Part shown: positions 20,414 to 30,731 of the stretch, in pieces | Layout of the letters: every line of letters starts with the position of its first letter | Position numbering within the stretch: the stretch's first letter is position 1 | Assembly: GCA_963747925.1 (NCBI GenBank) | Contig: CAVVHA010000008.1 | Coordinates: forward strand, 8,736 to 72,735 | Source of the DNA: an uncultured Acidobacteriota bacterium | GTDB lineage: Bacteria; Acidobacteriota; Polarisedimenticolia; QHYA01; CAVVHA01 | Direction of reading: 5' to 3' | Length of the DNA: 64,000 bases | The notes under the pieces: generated by a model | Databases searched by the model: none | What the model was told of the DNA's origin: nothing | The model's input: the letters and a program-made list of their open reading frames with translations, nothing else | Position numbers and translations under genes: made by a program

Positions 20414-22909
20414 ATGAATCCAGCCATTCGAGGGAAGAACTTGGGCGCGACCACGGGCACACAGGACTGGCAGTCCCTTCTCGAACGCCGGCTTCCCGAC
20501 ATCCCGCGCTGGGAGATCGTCAAGGACGTCGTCGATCAGCTGATCGACATGACGCTGAACTACCGCCAGAGCGGCCATCCCGGCGGTTCGCGCTCGAAGG
20601 TGCACGCCCTGATCGCGACGCTGCTCGGCGGGGCGATGCGCTGGGACGCCCGCGATCCCTCGAAGCGATTCGGCGACCGGTTCGTCCTCGTCGCCGGCCA
20701 CACCATCCCCCTCGTCTACTCCACGCTCGCGGTCCTCAACGAGGGGCTGCGGGCGCGGTACGAGCGGACGAAGGACGCGCTCTACCTGCCCGAGGCATGC
20801 CGACAGGTGGATGCTGACCTGGGAGGACCTGCTCGTCTTCCGGCGCCGCGGCGGGCTCGCGGGCCACGCCGAGATGGAGGGGAAGACGCTCTTCCTGAAG
20901 TTCAACACCGGCCCCTCCGGGCACGGCTCGCCGGCGGCGGCGGGCGAGGCGTTCGCGCTGCTGCGCGCGGGGTGCGGCGACGTCCGCGTCTTCGCCCTCG
21001 AGGGCGAAGGGGGCCTCACGACCGGCGCCAGCCACGAGACGAAGAACTCCGCCTGGGCGCTCGGCCTCAGCAACCTCGTCTACATCGTGGACTGGAACGA
21101 CTTCGGGATCGACGACCATGCCGTGAGCAGCTACGTGCACGGCGACCCCGACGGGTGGTTCCGTCCCTTCGGCTGGCGCGTTCTCGGCACCGAGCAGGGG
21201 AGCGAGTTCGCCCCGGTGCTCGGCCGGCTGCTCGAGGCGGTCCACGGCGACAACCCGGGCCTGCCGACGGCCGTCTGGCTGAAGACCCGCAAGGGGCGCG
21301 ACTACGGCAAGTACGACTACAAGTCCCACGGCGCTCCGCACGCGATGAACTCGCCCGAGTACTGGGAGACGAAGCGCCCCTTCGCCGAGAAGTACGGCGT
21401 GCGCTTCGAGGGGTTCGGCGAGCCGGCCCCGGCCGACCCGGCGGCGCTGCGCGAGCAGGTGCGGACCAATTTCGCCCGCGCGATCTCGGTCCTCCGGGAC
21501 GACGCGGGGCTGGTCGATTACCTGTCCGACCGGCTGGTCGAGCTCGGCGAGTCGGTTCCCGTCGAGCACGCCGGCTTCCGCCTGCGCAACGCGCCGGCCG
21601 CGAAGCCGGCGGGCGAGGCGGCGGCCTCCACCGCCGCCTCCGCCAGGCGCCGTCCATCCCCCCGCGCGAGCGCAGGCCGGGGCGGGGAAACGGCCCGCCA
21701 CCCCCTTCGAGGACGAGCGGCTCTACGACTACCGGGGCTACCCCGCCGCCATGTGGGCCGCCCCGGGATCGAAGCAGCCGAACCGCGCCGCGCTCGGGAA
21801 GTGGGGAGCCTGGGCGAACACCTGGGCGAAGCGGGAGTACGGCCGCCCCCTGTTCATGGCCCTCTCGGCCGACCTGGCCGAATCGACGAGCATCGCGGGG
21901 TTCGCCCACGATTTCGACGGCGCGAAGGGGTGGGGCAAGTACGCGCCGCAAGGCGAACCCCGAGGGGACGCTGCTCCCCCAGGGGATCACGGAGTTCGCG
22001 AACGCGGGCATCACGGTCGGGATCGCGAGCGTGAACCTCGCCGCGGATCCCGAGGAGCGCTTCGACGGGTTCTACGCCGCCTGCTCGACCTACGGCTCGT
22101 TCAGCTACCTCAAGTACGGCCCGATGCGGCTCTTCTCGCAGCTCGCGCAGGACTGCGACCTCAAGGTCGGCAAGGTGCTCTGGATCGCGGGGCACTCCGG
22201 GCCCGAGACCGCCGACGACTCGCGCACGCACTTCGGGATCTACGAGCCGGGCGTCACCCAGCTGTTCCCCGAGGGGAGCGTGGTGGACCTGCACCCGTTC
22301 GAGCACAACGAGGTGCCCGTCGCGATCGCGGCGGCCCTCAGGCTGGGCCCGCCGATCATCGCCCTGCACCTGACGCGGCCCGCGATCACGGTGCCGGACC
22401 GCGAGGCGCTCGGGATCCCCTCGCACTTCGAGGCGGCCCGCGGGGCCTACGTGATCCGCGACTACCGCCCCGGGCTTCCCCCGATGGGATGCGTGATCGT
22501 GCAGGGCACCTCGACGACGAGCAACCTGCTGACGCTCCTGCCCGAGCTCGACCGCGCCGGGCTGAACGTGCGCATCGTCGCGGCGATCAGCCCGCAGCTC
22601 TTCCGCGCGCAGTCCGCGCAGTACCGGGAGCTGGTCCTGCCCGCCGCGGACAGGCTCGACCTCATGGGCGTGACGAACCGCTCGCGCCAGTCGCTCTCCG
22701 GCTGGTTCTCGAGCGACATCTCCCTGGAATACACGCTGTGCGCCGACTGGGACGACCGGTGGCGGACGGGTGGGACGGTCGACGAGGTCCTGGAGGAGGC
22801 GCACCTTTCGGCTGACTGGATCCTCAAAGGAATCGAGCGCTTCGCGCACGACCGGAAAGAACGCCTGGGGCGCGTGCGCGCCCTTCTCGAGGCGGCGGAG
22901 AAGCGCTGA
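20414..22909 (+). CDS. Transketolase-family protein (~830 aa, longer than canonical Tkt); at least 3 frameshifts
   Basis: TPP-binding N-terminus (GHPGGSRSKVHALIATLLGG…DRFVLVAGHTIPLVYSTLAV) in frame 2. The middle is in ORF 20811-22034 (GHGSPAAAGEAFALL…EGEGGLTTGASHE). The pyrimidine-binding and C-terminal domains are in ORF 21751 onward and the tail of ORF 20414-22909. Confidence 0.8.
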   Translation: MNPAIRGKNLGATTGTQDWQSLLERRLPDIPRWEIVKDVVDQLIDMTLNYRQSGHPGGSRSKVHALIATLLGGAMRWDARDPSKRFGDRFVLVAGHTIPLVYSTLAVLNEGLRARYERTKDALYLPEACRQVDADLGGPARLPAPRRARGPRRDGGEDALPEVQHRPLRARLAGGGGRGVRAAARGVRRRPRLRPRGRRGPHDRRQPRDEELRLGARPQQPRLHRGLERLRDRRPCREQLRARRPRRVVPSLRLARSRHRAGERVRPGARPAARGGPRRQPGPADGRLAEDPQGARLRQVRLQVPRRSARDELARVLGDEAPLRREVRRALRGVRRAGPGRPGGAARAGADQFRPRDLGPPGRRGAGRLPVRPAGRARRVGSRRARRLPPAQRAGREAGGRGGGLHRRLRQAPSIPPRERRPGRGNGPPPPSRTSGSTTTGATPPPCGPPRDRSSRTAPRSGSGEPGRTPGRSGSTAAPCSWPSRPTWPNRRASRGSPTISTARRGGASTRRKANPEGTLLPQGITEFANAGITVGIASVNLAADPEERFDGFYAACSTYGSFSYLKYGPMRLFSQLAQDCDLKVGKVLWIAGHSGPETADDSRTHFGIYEPGVTQLFPEGSVVDLHPFEHNEVPVAIAAALRLGPPIIALHLTRPAITVPDREALGIPSHFEAARGAYVIRDYRPGLPPMGCVIVQGTSTTSNLLTLLPELDRAGLNVRIVAAISPQLFRAQSAQYRELVLPAADRLDLMGVTNRSRQSLSGWFSSDISLEYTLCADWDDRWRTGGTVDEVLEEAHLSADWILKGIERFAHDRKERLGRVRALLEAAEKR

Positions 22910-22938
22910 GCCGGGCCCTGGCCCTGAAGGAGTCGAGC

Positions 22939-24141
22939 ATGCTTCCGATCTCAAAGCGCAGCGGATCCCTTGGCACCGAGAACGCCTTCGTCGTCCTCGC
23001 GGAGGTGGCCGAGCTCGAAGCGAAGGGGAAGTCGGTCGTCTCCTTCTGCATCGGCCAGCCCGATTTCCCGACGCCGAAGAACGTCCAGGAGGCCGCGATC
23101 CGGGCGATCCAGGAGGGCAAGCACGGCTACACGCCCTCCGCGGGGATCGCGCCGCTGCGGGCCGCCATCGCGAAGGTCGTCGCGGCCAGCCGCGGCATCC
23201 CGGTGGAGCCCTCCGACGTCGTCGTGGCCGGCGGCGCCAAGCCGTTCATCGGCCACACCATCCTCTCCGTCACCGACCACGGCGCCGGGGACGAGGTGAT
23301 CTACCCGAACCCGGGCTTCCCGATCTACGAGTCCTACATCGCCGCGTCGGGGGCCGTCCCGGTCCCGCTGGACCTGCGCGAAGCGAGGGACTTCAGCTTC
23401 GACCTCGAGGAGCTGCGCAGGAAGGTGACGCCGCGCACGAAGCTGCTCATCCTCAACTCCCCGCACAATCCGACCGGCGGCATCCTCACGCGCGCCGACC
23501 TCGAGGGGATCGCGGAGATCGTGAAGTCCCACGGCAACATGTGGGTCTACTCGGACGAGCCGTACTCGCGCCTGGTCTACGACGGCGCCTTCCTCTCGAT
23601 CGCCTCCCTGCCCGGCATGGCCGAGCGGACCGTCCTGGTGGACGGCGCCTCGAAGACCTACGCCATGACCGGCTGGCGGATCGGCTTCGCGGTCAACCGC
23701 GCCCTGGCGCCGCACTTCACCCGCTGGGTGACCAACACCGAGTCGTGCGCCTGCCACGTGTCGCAGTTCGCCGCCCTGGAGGCGTTCACGGGCCCGCAGG
23801 AGTCGGCCGAGAAGATGCGCGCCACCTTCCACGGGCGGAGGGACCTGATCGTGCGGCTGCTGAACGACCTGCCCGGCGTCACCTGCAAGAACCCGGGCGG
23901 CGCGTTCTACGTGTGGCCGAACGTGACCGAGCTGTGCCGGCTGACGGGAACGGCGGACTCCGAGGAACTGCGCAAGCGCTGGCTCCACGACGCGGGCGTG
24001 GCGGTCCTCGCGGACATCCACTTCGGGCACCGCGTGCAGGGGGAGGGGCAGCACGTCCGCTTCTCCTACGCCGCCTCGACCGAGGCGATCCAGGAAGGGA
24101 TCGCCCGCGTCGGCAAGTGGATCAAGGCGAACCTCAAGTAG
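22939..24141 (+). CDS. Class I PLP-dependent aminotransferase (aspartate/aromatic aminotransferase-like)
   Basis: 400-aa intact ORF (NSPHNPTGGILTRADLEGI…SKTYAMTGWRIGFAV) with a GAAGGAG ribosome-binding site. Confidence 0.85.
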   Translation: MLPISKRSGSLGTENAFVVLAEVAELEAKGKSVVSFCIGQPDFPTPKNVQEAAIRAIQEGKHGYTPSAGIAPLRAAIAKVVAASRGIPVEPSDVVVAGGAKPFIGHTILSVTDHGAGDEVIYPNPGFPIYESYIAASGAVPVPLDLREARDFSFDLEELRRKVTPRTKLLILNSPHNPTGGILTRADLEGIAEIVKSHGNMWVYSDEPYSRLVYDGAFLSIASLPGMAERTVLVDGASKTYAMTGWRIGFAVNRALAPHFTRWVTNTESCACHVSQFAALEAFTGPQESAEKMRATFHGRRDLIVRLLNDLPGVTCKNPGGAFYVWPNVTELCRLTGTADSEELRKRWLHDAGVAVLADIHFGHRVQGEGQHVRFSYAASTEAIQEGIARVGKWIKANLK

Positions 24142-24303
24142 GCCGGGGGGAGCGCACTCCCCGCCCACGCTCCGCCCCCGCGTCCTTCGGGATCAGGGCA
24201 GGGGCGGTCGCGCCGTCGCCGGCGGGCGGGCGGGAACTGCGCGCCCGGCGCTCGTATAAGATGACGCAGGACCGGCGTCACGCCGGTTCGGAGGGGGTAG
24301 GCG

Positions 24304-25273
24304 ATGCCCGGCGTTCTCGTATTCCTGATCGTCCTCGTCGTGGCCGTGGTCGTGCTGTCGCGCGTCATTTCGAGATCGCGCCGGATCCAGGTCGTGGACG
24401 CCGAGGGGAGGCGCATGAGCGCGGGGCTGCCGAACTTCGGGAAATGGCTCCCGGTCGCGGGGATCATCGCGCTCGTTCTTCTCCTCCTGACGGCGTCCGT
24501 CCGCGTCGTCCCGGTGGGCGAGGCGCTCGTCGTCTTCAACACGGTCACGAAGGGGTTCCGCCTCGCGCGGCAGGGGATCACGTTCATCACGCCCTTCGTC
24601 TCCGTGACGGAGCGGTACGACCTTCGCCGCCTCGAGTACACGATGTCGGGGGTCGCGGGCGAGGGCCGGCGCGCCGCGGTGGACGATTCGCTCTGGTCGC
24701 CGACCCGGGAAGGGCTCCAGGTCGGCATCGACCTGACGCGTCTGGCACCACCTCGACCCCGAGCGGGTGGTCCAGATCCACCAGAAGATCGGCCCGGACT
24801 ACGAGGAGAAGATCATCCGGCCCGCCGTGCGCTCGGTGATCCGCCTCGTCATCTCCGAGTACGCCGTGATGGACGTCTACTCCTCGAAGCGCGCGAAGAT
24901 CCAGGACGAGATCAACGAGAAGATCAAGCTGCTCGTCGAGAAGGACGGCTTCATCGTCGACGAGGTGGTGCTGCGCGACGTGCGGTTCACGGACGACTTC
25001 GGCAAGGCGATCGAGGCCAAGCAGATCGCGCAGCAGTCCGCGGAGCAGATGAAGTACGTCCTCGAGAAGGAGCAGCGCGAGGCCGAGCGGAAGGTGATCG
25101 AGGCGAAGGGGCGCGCGCAGGCGATCGAGACGATCAACGAGGCCCTGCGGCAGAACCCCAACTACATCCGCTACCTCTACGTGGACAAGCTCTCGGACAA
25201 GATCTCCGTGATCGTCTCCGACCAGAACACGATCATGGACCTGAAGGGGATCCTCGAGTCGAAGGGCAAGTAG
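24304..25273 (+). CDS. SPFH/band-7 (prohibitin/HflC-like) membrane protein; one frameshift near 24750
   Basis: N-terminal TM segment plus VVPVGEALVVFNTVTKGFRLARQGITFITPFV. It continues in ORF 24767-25273 (QIHQKIGPDYEEKIIRPAVRSVIRLVISEY…EQREAERKVIEAKGRAQAIE). Confidence 0.75.
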
Positions 25274-25351
25274 GACTGCCGGCTGTCCTCCGCCCCGCCG
25301 TCCGGCGGTTGGTCGCCGGCGCCCGATCCGGTCTCACCGGGCGGAGCGCGC

Positions 25352-25717
25352 TCAGTCCCCCGCGCTCCCCGGCGCAGGGCCCCGGCGGCCCGGAGCGCGC
25401 GCCGTCCGGGTGAACTCGAGGGACTGCTCCTTCACGGACACGGACGCGGTCTCGTAGCCGGCGGCGAGCCAGCCCTCGCGCGCCTGCAGCTTGCCCGGGT
25501 CGTTCTCCCACCATTGCGGGACCGTCTTCGAGGAGGGCGGGAGCTTGCCCGTGATCGCCTCGACCTCGGCGAACGTCATCCGCAGCGTCAGCGTGCCGAT
25601 GGTCCGGAGGTAGCTCGCGAGGGCGCCGTAGTGGGGCACGTTCACTCCCAGACCGCGCGGCCGTCGCGGACCAGGTCCTCCCAGGAGAACTCCGACGGTT
25701 CCGTCTTGAACAGCCAC
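25352..25717 (-). CDS. Hypothetical protein with an EVE/PUA-like N-terminal segment (GTG start) and an uncharacterised C-terminal domain; one frameshift near 25650
   Basis: VSRWLFKTEPSEFSWEDLVRDGRAVWE (EVE-like start) in one frame. It continues as GVNVPHYGALASYLRTIGTLTLRMTFAEVEAITGKLPPSSKTVPQWWENDPGKLQAREGW… in the next frame. Confidence 0.4.
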   Translation of the reverse strand: MAVQDGTVGVLLGGPGPRRPRGLGVNVPHYGALASYLRTIGTLTLRMTFAEVEAITGKLPPSSKTVPQWWENDPGKLQAREGWLAAGYETASVSVKEQSLEFTRTARAPGRRGPAPGSAGD

Positions 25718-25756
25718 CTGCTCACGGGTGCCTCGTCCTGTTTCCCCGGGGCGGTC

Positions 25757-26571
25757 TCACGCCTCGATCGCGCGCAGGGCGCGGACCATCTGGAAGCTCG
25801 TGAACTCCTTGCGGGGGCCCCGCCCCCACGATCCGTCGCGGCCCTGCGTCCGGCGCACGAGAGGCAGCGCGCGCCGGACCTGCGCGCGCGCCTCGCGGGT
25901 GTCCACCATCGCGAGGGCGCCGAAGGTGGACGCGAACGGCAGGCCCGGCCACGAGCCGGACTCCGTCTGGAGCTTCCCGAGGGCGCGGACGGCCCGGGAA
26001 AGCCCGCGCCCGCGCGAAGCATCGGGGTGCGCCGCGTAGGCCTGGAGGATGTTGTTCGAGCAGGAGGGGGAGCACCACATCCCGTCGCGCGCGCGGATCA
26101 CCTCGTCGAGGCATTGCAGCGCCCGCTGCACGCGCGTCTCCCGGCCCCGCCCGAAAGCCGACGCGAGGAGGATCCCCGCCCCCGTCTTGATGAACCCCGA
26201 GCAGCCCTGCGTGAACGGAGTCCCGGTCATCCGGCTGAGCCGGCCCGCCTCCCCCTGGCGGACGCGGAAGAGGAGGTCGTGGTACACGATCCCGTCCCCG
26301 GCGCGGCGCGGCTCCGGGCGCGCCAGGCCGGTCTCCCAGAGCCAGTCGAGCGCCCGGTCCGATTCGTGCGAGCCGCTGCGCTGGAGGAGGTGGAGGGCGT
26401 ACAGCGACCGGATCGTGACCGTGAGCGAGCCGAACGAGCCGTCCGCCCTCTGCAGGGACGCGATCCGCCCCAGCGCGCCCCGCTCGGCGCGGCGCAGCGC
26501 CACGGAATTCTCCTCGAGCCACCAGCGGCGGACGTAGAGCCCCACCGGGCTGGTGGATGCCGCGAACGGCG
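25757..26571 (-). CDS. Prenyltransferase / terpene-cyclase-like alpha-alpha toroid repeat protein (~270 aa); start uncertain
   Basis: C-terminal part of ORF 25757-27955 with repeated QxxDGSFGS, DGMWCSP, SGSWPG and DGSWG motifs. It lies immediately downstream of the ALDH gene on the same strand. Confidence 0.4.
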
Positions 26572-26637
26572 CGTAAGGCGACGTTCTCAGATCGGCTCGA
26601 AGCTTGCTGGCCGTAGGCCCCCCCTGCCCTGACGGCG

Positions 26638-28149
26638 TCAGATGTCGAACTTCACGCCCTGGGCGAGCGGCAGCTCCCGCCCCCAGTTGATCGTGTTCGT
26701 CTGCCGGCGCATGTAGGCCTTCCAGGAGTCGGAGCCCGACTCGCGGCCGCCGCCGGTCTCCTTCTCCCCGCCGAACGCGCCGCCGATCTCCGCGCCCGAC
26801 GTGCCGATGTTCACGTTCGCGATCCCGCAGTCGCTCCCGCGGTGCGAAAGGAACGTCTCCGCCGAGATCAGGTTCGTCGTGAAGATGGACGACGAAAGCC
26901 CCTGGTCCACGGAGTTGTGCAGCGCGATCGCCTCCTCCAGGTCCTTCACCTCGAAGAGGTAGAGGATCGGGGCGAACGTCTCCTCGCGGACGATCTTCAT
27001 GCCCGGGTGCGCCTTCACGATCGTCGGCTCGACGAAGTTCCCGGGCCGGTCGAGCTTCTTCCCGCCGAGCAGGATCTCCCCGCCCTCGGCCCTGACCTGG
27101 TCGAGGGCCTTCATCATCGTCGTGACCGCCTCCTCGTCGATCAGCGGTCCCATCAGCGTCGCCGTGTCGAGCGGATCGCCGATCCGGATCGTGCCGTAGG
27201 CGCGCGTGAGTCGCGAGGTCAGCTCCTTCGCGATCCCCTTCTGCAGGAACAGGCGGCGCGTGCTGGTGCAGCGCTGCCCCGCCGTGCCGACCGCCCCGAA
27301 GAGGATGGCCCGCGTCGCGAGGTCGAGGTCCGCGTCGTCCATCACGATGATCGCGTTGTTCCCGCCGAGCTCGAGGATGGTCCGCCCGAGCCGGTTGCCG
27401 ACCACCTCGGCGATCCGGCGCCCCATGCGGCACGAGCCGGTCGCCGAGATCAGCGGGACCCGCCGGTCGGCCAGCAGGCGCTCGCCGACGTCGCTGCCCC
27501 GGCCGATCACCAGGCTGAACACGCCCTCGAAGCCGGCCTCCTTCTGGACCCGCTCGGCGATCTTCTGCACGGCGATGGCGGTCAGCGGGGTCTTCGACGA
27601 GGGCTTCCAGATCATCGTGTCGCCGCAGACGGCGGCGATGGCCGCGTTCCAGGCCCAGACCGCCACCGGGAAGTTGAACGCGGTGACGATGCCGATCGGC
27701 CCGAGCGGGTGCCACTGCTCGTACATCCGGTGCAGCGCCCGCTCGCTGTGCATCGTCAGCCCGTAGAGCTGGCGCGAGAGGCCGACGGCGAAATCGCAGA
27801 TGTCGATCATCTCCTGGACCTCGCCGAGACCCTCGCTGAGGATCTTGCCGTTCTCCAGGGAGACGAGCCGCCCGAGCGCGTCCTTCTCCTTGCGCAGCTC
27901 CTCGCCGAGGCGGCGGATCACCTCGCCGCGCCGGGGCGCGGGCAGCATGCGCCACGTCAGGAACGCCTCGTGGGTCTTCCGGACGACCGTCTCGTAGTCC
28001 TCGGCCGTGGCCTGCCGCACCTTCGCGATCGGCCGCCCGTCGGTCGGGTTGAACGAGACCAGCTCGGGCCCCTTCGTTTCGAGCCAGGTTCCCGTCGAGG
28101 CCCCGGGATTCACATCGGCAACGCCGAGCTTCTGCAGGATGTCGCGCAT
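26638..28149 (-). CDS. Aldehyde dehydrogenase, ALDH7 / piperideine-6-carboxylate (alpha-aminoadipic semialdehyde) dehydrogenase-like
   Basis: 503-aa intact ORF (MRDILQKLGV…NPGASTG…FNFPVAVWAWNAAIA…ELGGNNAIIV…EETFAPILY) with a GAAGGGA ribosome-binding site. Confidence 0.85.
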   Translation of the reverse strand: MRDILQKLGVADVNPGASTGTWLETKGPELVSFNPTDGRPIAKVRQATAEDYETVVRKTHEAFLTWRMLPAPRRGEVIRRLGEELRKEKDALGRLVSLENGKILSEGLGEVQEMIDICDFAVGLSRQLYGLTMHSERALHRMYEQWHPLGPIGIVTAFNFPVAVWAWNAAIAAVCGDTMIWKPSSKTPLTAIAVQKIAERVQKEAGFEGVFSLVIGRGSDVGERLLADRRVPLISATGSCRMGRRIAEVVGNRLGRTILELGGNNAIIVMDDADLDLATRAILFGAVGTAGQRCTSTRRLFLQKGIAKELTSRLTRAYGTIRIGDPLDTATLMGPLIDEEAVTTMMKALDQVRAEGGEILLGGKKLDRPGNFVEPTIVKAHPGMKIVREETFAPILYLFEVKDLEEAIALHNSVDQGLSSSIFTTNLISAETFLSHRGSDCGIANVNIGTSGAEIGGAFGGEKETGGGRESGSDSWKAYMRRQTNTINWGRELPLAQGVKFDI

Positions 28150-28322
28150 GGTTCCCTTCGATGAAACGGCGCGCGCACGGTCTTCGGACCCTGATGGCCG
28201 TCGGACCGGCGTCGCGGCTTGCTCACGATGTTCAGGATCGAGGCTGGATTCTACCGCTCCGGAATCCCCCCTGCCAACAGGCGCGCAGGGCCGAAGGCCG
28301 GACGCTGATATGCTGTAGTGCC

Positions 28323-28616
28323 ATGTTCCGGGCCCCTTCCGAGCCGGGCGGGGAGGAGTGGGTCCCCGTCTTCTCCACGGCGGACAGCGCCCTTCTCGCC
28401 GTCGTGCGCACCGCGCTCGAGAGCGCGGGGATACCGTTCACCGTCCGCGGCGAGGGAGGGATGCGGCTGTTCCCGATGGGGCGGTTCGCCGTCGGGGTCC
28501 GCAAGCGGGTCCTCGGCGCGGTCATCGTGGTCCCGCCCGAGTGGGCCGACGACGCCCGCGCGTTCCTGGAGAGCTTCGAGGGGGAGCCCGGCCCCGCGGA
28601 GGAGCCGGAGGACTGA
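28323..28616 (+). CDS. DUF2007 family small protein
   Basis: Internal start of ORF 28161-28616 (MFRAPSEPGGEEWVPVFSTADSALLAVVRTALESAGIPFTVRGEGG). Confidence 0.5.
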   Translation: MFRAPSEPGGEEWVPVFSTADSALLAVVRTALESAGIPFTVRGEGGMRLFPMGRFAVGVRKRVLGAVIVVPPEWADDARAFLESFEGEPGPAEEPED

Positions 28617-28687
28617 CGGGCTGCAGGACGATCCGCCCGCCGGCCGAACCGCGAGAGAATGTCCCGGATCCGCCCCGGAGGGCCAGC

Positions 28688-29911
28688 ATGAGCTTCGCCG
28701 ACGTCGGCTATCTGTTCCGCTACATGGAGTGGGCCAAGACGGTGATGGAGGCCGGGCTTCCCGGCGTCATCGACATCGGCTCGAGCGGCATCGCCCACCT
28801 GACCCGCCGCGAGCTGGGCCTCAGGCTGTCGGACATCGAGCTGTCCGGCCCCCACTTCTACGGCGAGCCGGAGCTGCGGCGCCGGATCGCCCGCCTTTCC
28901 GGGGCGGCCGGGGAGAGGGTCCTGCCGACGCTGGGCGCCTCGCACGCTCATTTCCTTCTCTGCGCGTCCCTGATCGAGCCGGGCGACGAGGTGATCGTCG
29001 AGACGCCCGGCTACGAAGTGCTCTCGGCGCTGCCGCGCGCCCTCGGCGCCATCGTGCTGCCGCTCCCGCGCCGCTACGAGGATGGCTTCCAGTTCGACCC
29101 GGACGAGCTGCGTCGCCTCGTCAACCACCACACGCGCGCCATCCTCGTGACGAACCTCCACAACCCGAGCGGAGTCGCGCTTTCCCGCGAGTGCCTCTCG
29201 GCCCTGGCGGAGCTGGCGGGGGGCGGGCCGCCGCCCCCTCCGGGGCGCGGGACACGCCGCGGCGCGGCGCGGCGCGGCGCGCCCGCGGAGCGAGCGCCGG
29301 GCCGCGCGGGCGCCGGCCGGGGCCCGTGGGTCGTGATCAACGAGGTCTATCGCGACTTCGTGCTGCGCGGGGCGCCCCCGGCCGGGCACACGCTCGGGCC
29401 GCGCGGCGTCAGCGTCGGCTCGCTCACGAAGGTGTACGGGCTCGGCGAGGCGCGCGTCGGATGGGCGGTGGGCGATGCGGAGCTGATGCACCGCGCCTCG
29501 CGCGTGAACGACTTCGGCGTCGTGAACGGCCCCTACATCGCCGAGCGGATCGGGGCGTTCGCGCTGGCGCGGCGCGCGCGGCTCCTCGCCCGCACGAAGG
29601 GGATCCTCGGCCGCAATCGTCCCCTCCTGGAGCGGTTCCTGCGCGCGACGCCCGCGCTCGACGCGGTGAGGCCCGCGGGCGGCACGGTCATCTTTCCGCG
29701 GCTTCGCGGCATCGCCGATTCCCGCGGATTCGCGGAGAGGGCGCTCGCGGAGCACCGCGTCTGCGTCGTGCCGGGCGATTTCTTCGGCGCGCCCGGGCAC
29801 ATCCGGATCGGCATCGGCGGGCGCGACCCGAAGCGCCTCGCCGAGGGACTGCGCCGGCTCGGCGCGGCGATCCGCGCGACGGCGGGCGCCGCTACTTCGA
29901 CGCGGACTTGA
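28688..29911 (+). CDS. Class I/II PLP-dependent aminotransferase with an internal low-complexity Pro/Gly/Arg insertion
   Basis: MSFADVGYLFRYMEWAK…LHNPSGVALS…GSLTKVYGLGEARVGWAV. GGAGGG ribosome-binding site. Confidence 0.75.
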   Translation: MSFADVGYLFRYMEWAKTVMEAGLPGVIDIGSSGIAHLTRRELGLRLSDIELSGPHFYGEPELRRRIARLSGAAGERVLPTLGASHAHFLLCASLIEPGDEVIVETPGYEVLSALPRALGAIVLPLPRRYEDGFQFDPDELRRLVNHHTRAILVTNLHNPSGVALSRECLSALAELAGGGPPPPPGRGTRRGAARRGAPAERAPGRAGAGRGPWVVINEVYRDFVLRGAPPAGHTLGPRGVSVGSLTKVYGLGEARVGWAVGDAELMHRASRVNDFGVVNGPYIAERIGAFALARRARLLARTKGILGRNRPLLERFLRATPALDAVRPAGGTVIFPRLRGIADSRGFAERALAEHRVCVVPGDFFGAPGHIRIGIGGRDPKRLAEGLRRLGAAIRATAGAATSTRT

Positions 29912-30522
29912 GGGCGGCGGCGATCGAGCGGCGGACCTGGGCCGTGAGCGGCTTGCCGTGCCCGAAGCAGATCGTCCGGAATTTCAGCCTGAGCAGCTTC
30001 TTCACCGTCGCGCGGGTCCGCTTCGGGCTTGCCAGGTACGGATCGGGGAGAAGCCCGACCTTCCCGCGGCCCGCGTGGACCAGGATGTCGGGGCAGAAGA
30101 GAACGCCGCCGCGGGGCCGGAGGAACCCGAAAAGGGCCTCGGCCGGCCCGGGCGTGTGAACGGCCACGAGTCCGCCCGGCAGCTTGTCCCCCTTCCCGTA
30201 CCAGCGGTCCGGCTTCTCATCGAGACCCTTCGCGCCCTTCGGCGCGAAGACCTTCGCGCCGAACTTCTTCCTGTAGTGCCAGGCTGAGCGCTGGTGCCAG
30301 GATCCCGTCAGCAGGACCGCCTCGACGCGCCCTCGCCGGCCGAGCGCGGCGGCGGCGGCGGCCGAGAGCGGGCAGCGGGTCGACGAGGACGACCGTCCCC
30401 CCTTCGACGACCGCGTGGGCGTCGCTCCTGGCGCCGCCGATCCGCTCGTCGCGGATCGACCAGTTGTAGACGCCCGGCACGACCAGTTTCAGGCTCTTTG
30501 CGCGCGCTTTCGGTTCGGACAT
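29892..30522 (-). CDS. MBL-fold metallo-hydrolase-like protein; about 2 frameshifts
   Basis: MSEPKARAKSLKLVVPGVYNWSIRDERIGGARSDAHAVVEGGTVVLVDPLP (ORF 30217-30681), a middle part in another frame, and a C-terminus in ORF 29892-30167 (VHTPGPAEALFGFLRPRGGVLFCPDILVHAGRG). Confidence 0.55.
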
Positions 30523-30731
30523 GGCGACCTCCGTTCCTGAGCGGTCCATCCCGCTCCACCGCTCTGATTTTATGACAGTGGCCGTGCGCATCATCAGCCG
30601 CGAGGCGCCGCAGGCGCTTCGGCGGCTGCATGGGCGCCGGGCCCTGCCCGCCTCAACCGCCTGATTCGCGCCTTCTGCCATTCCCGCCCCTGTGCCAGTA
30701 TGTCCGCAGCGACACCACGGGAGGCGGGGGA

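Noticed and set aside
20736-22014. Minus-strand ORFs 20736-21701, 21067-22014, 21854-22954
   Set aside because: Antisense to the transketolase-family gene. Arg-rich junk.
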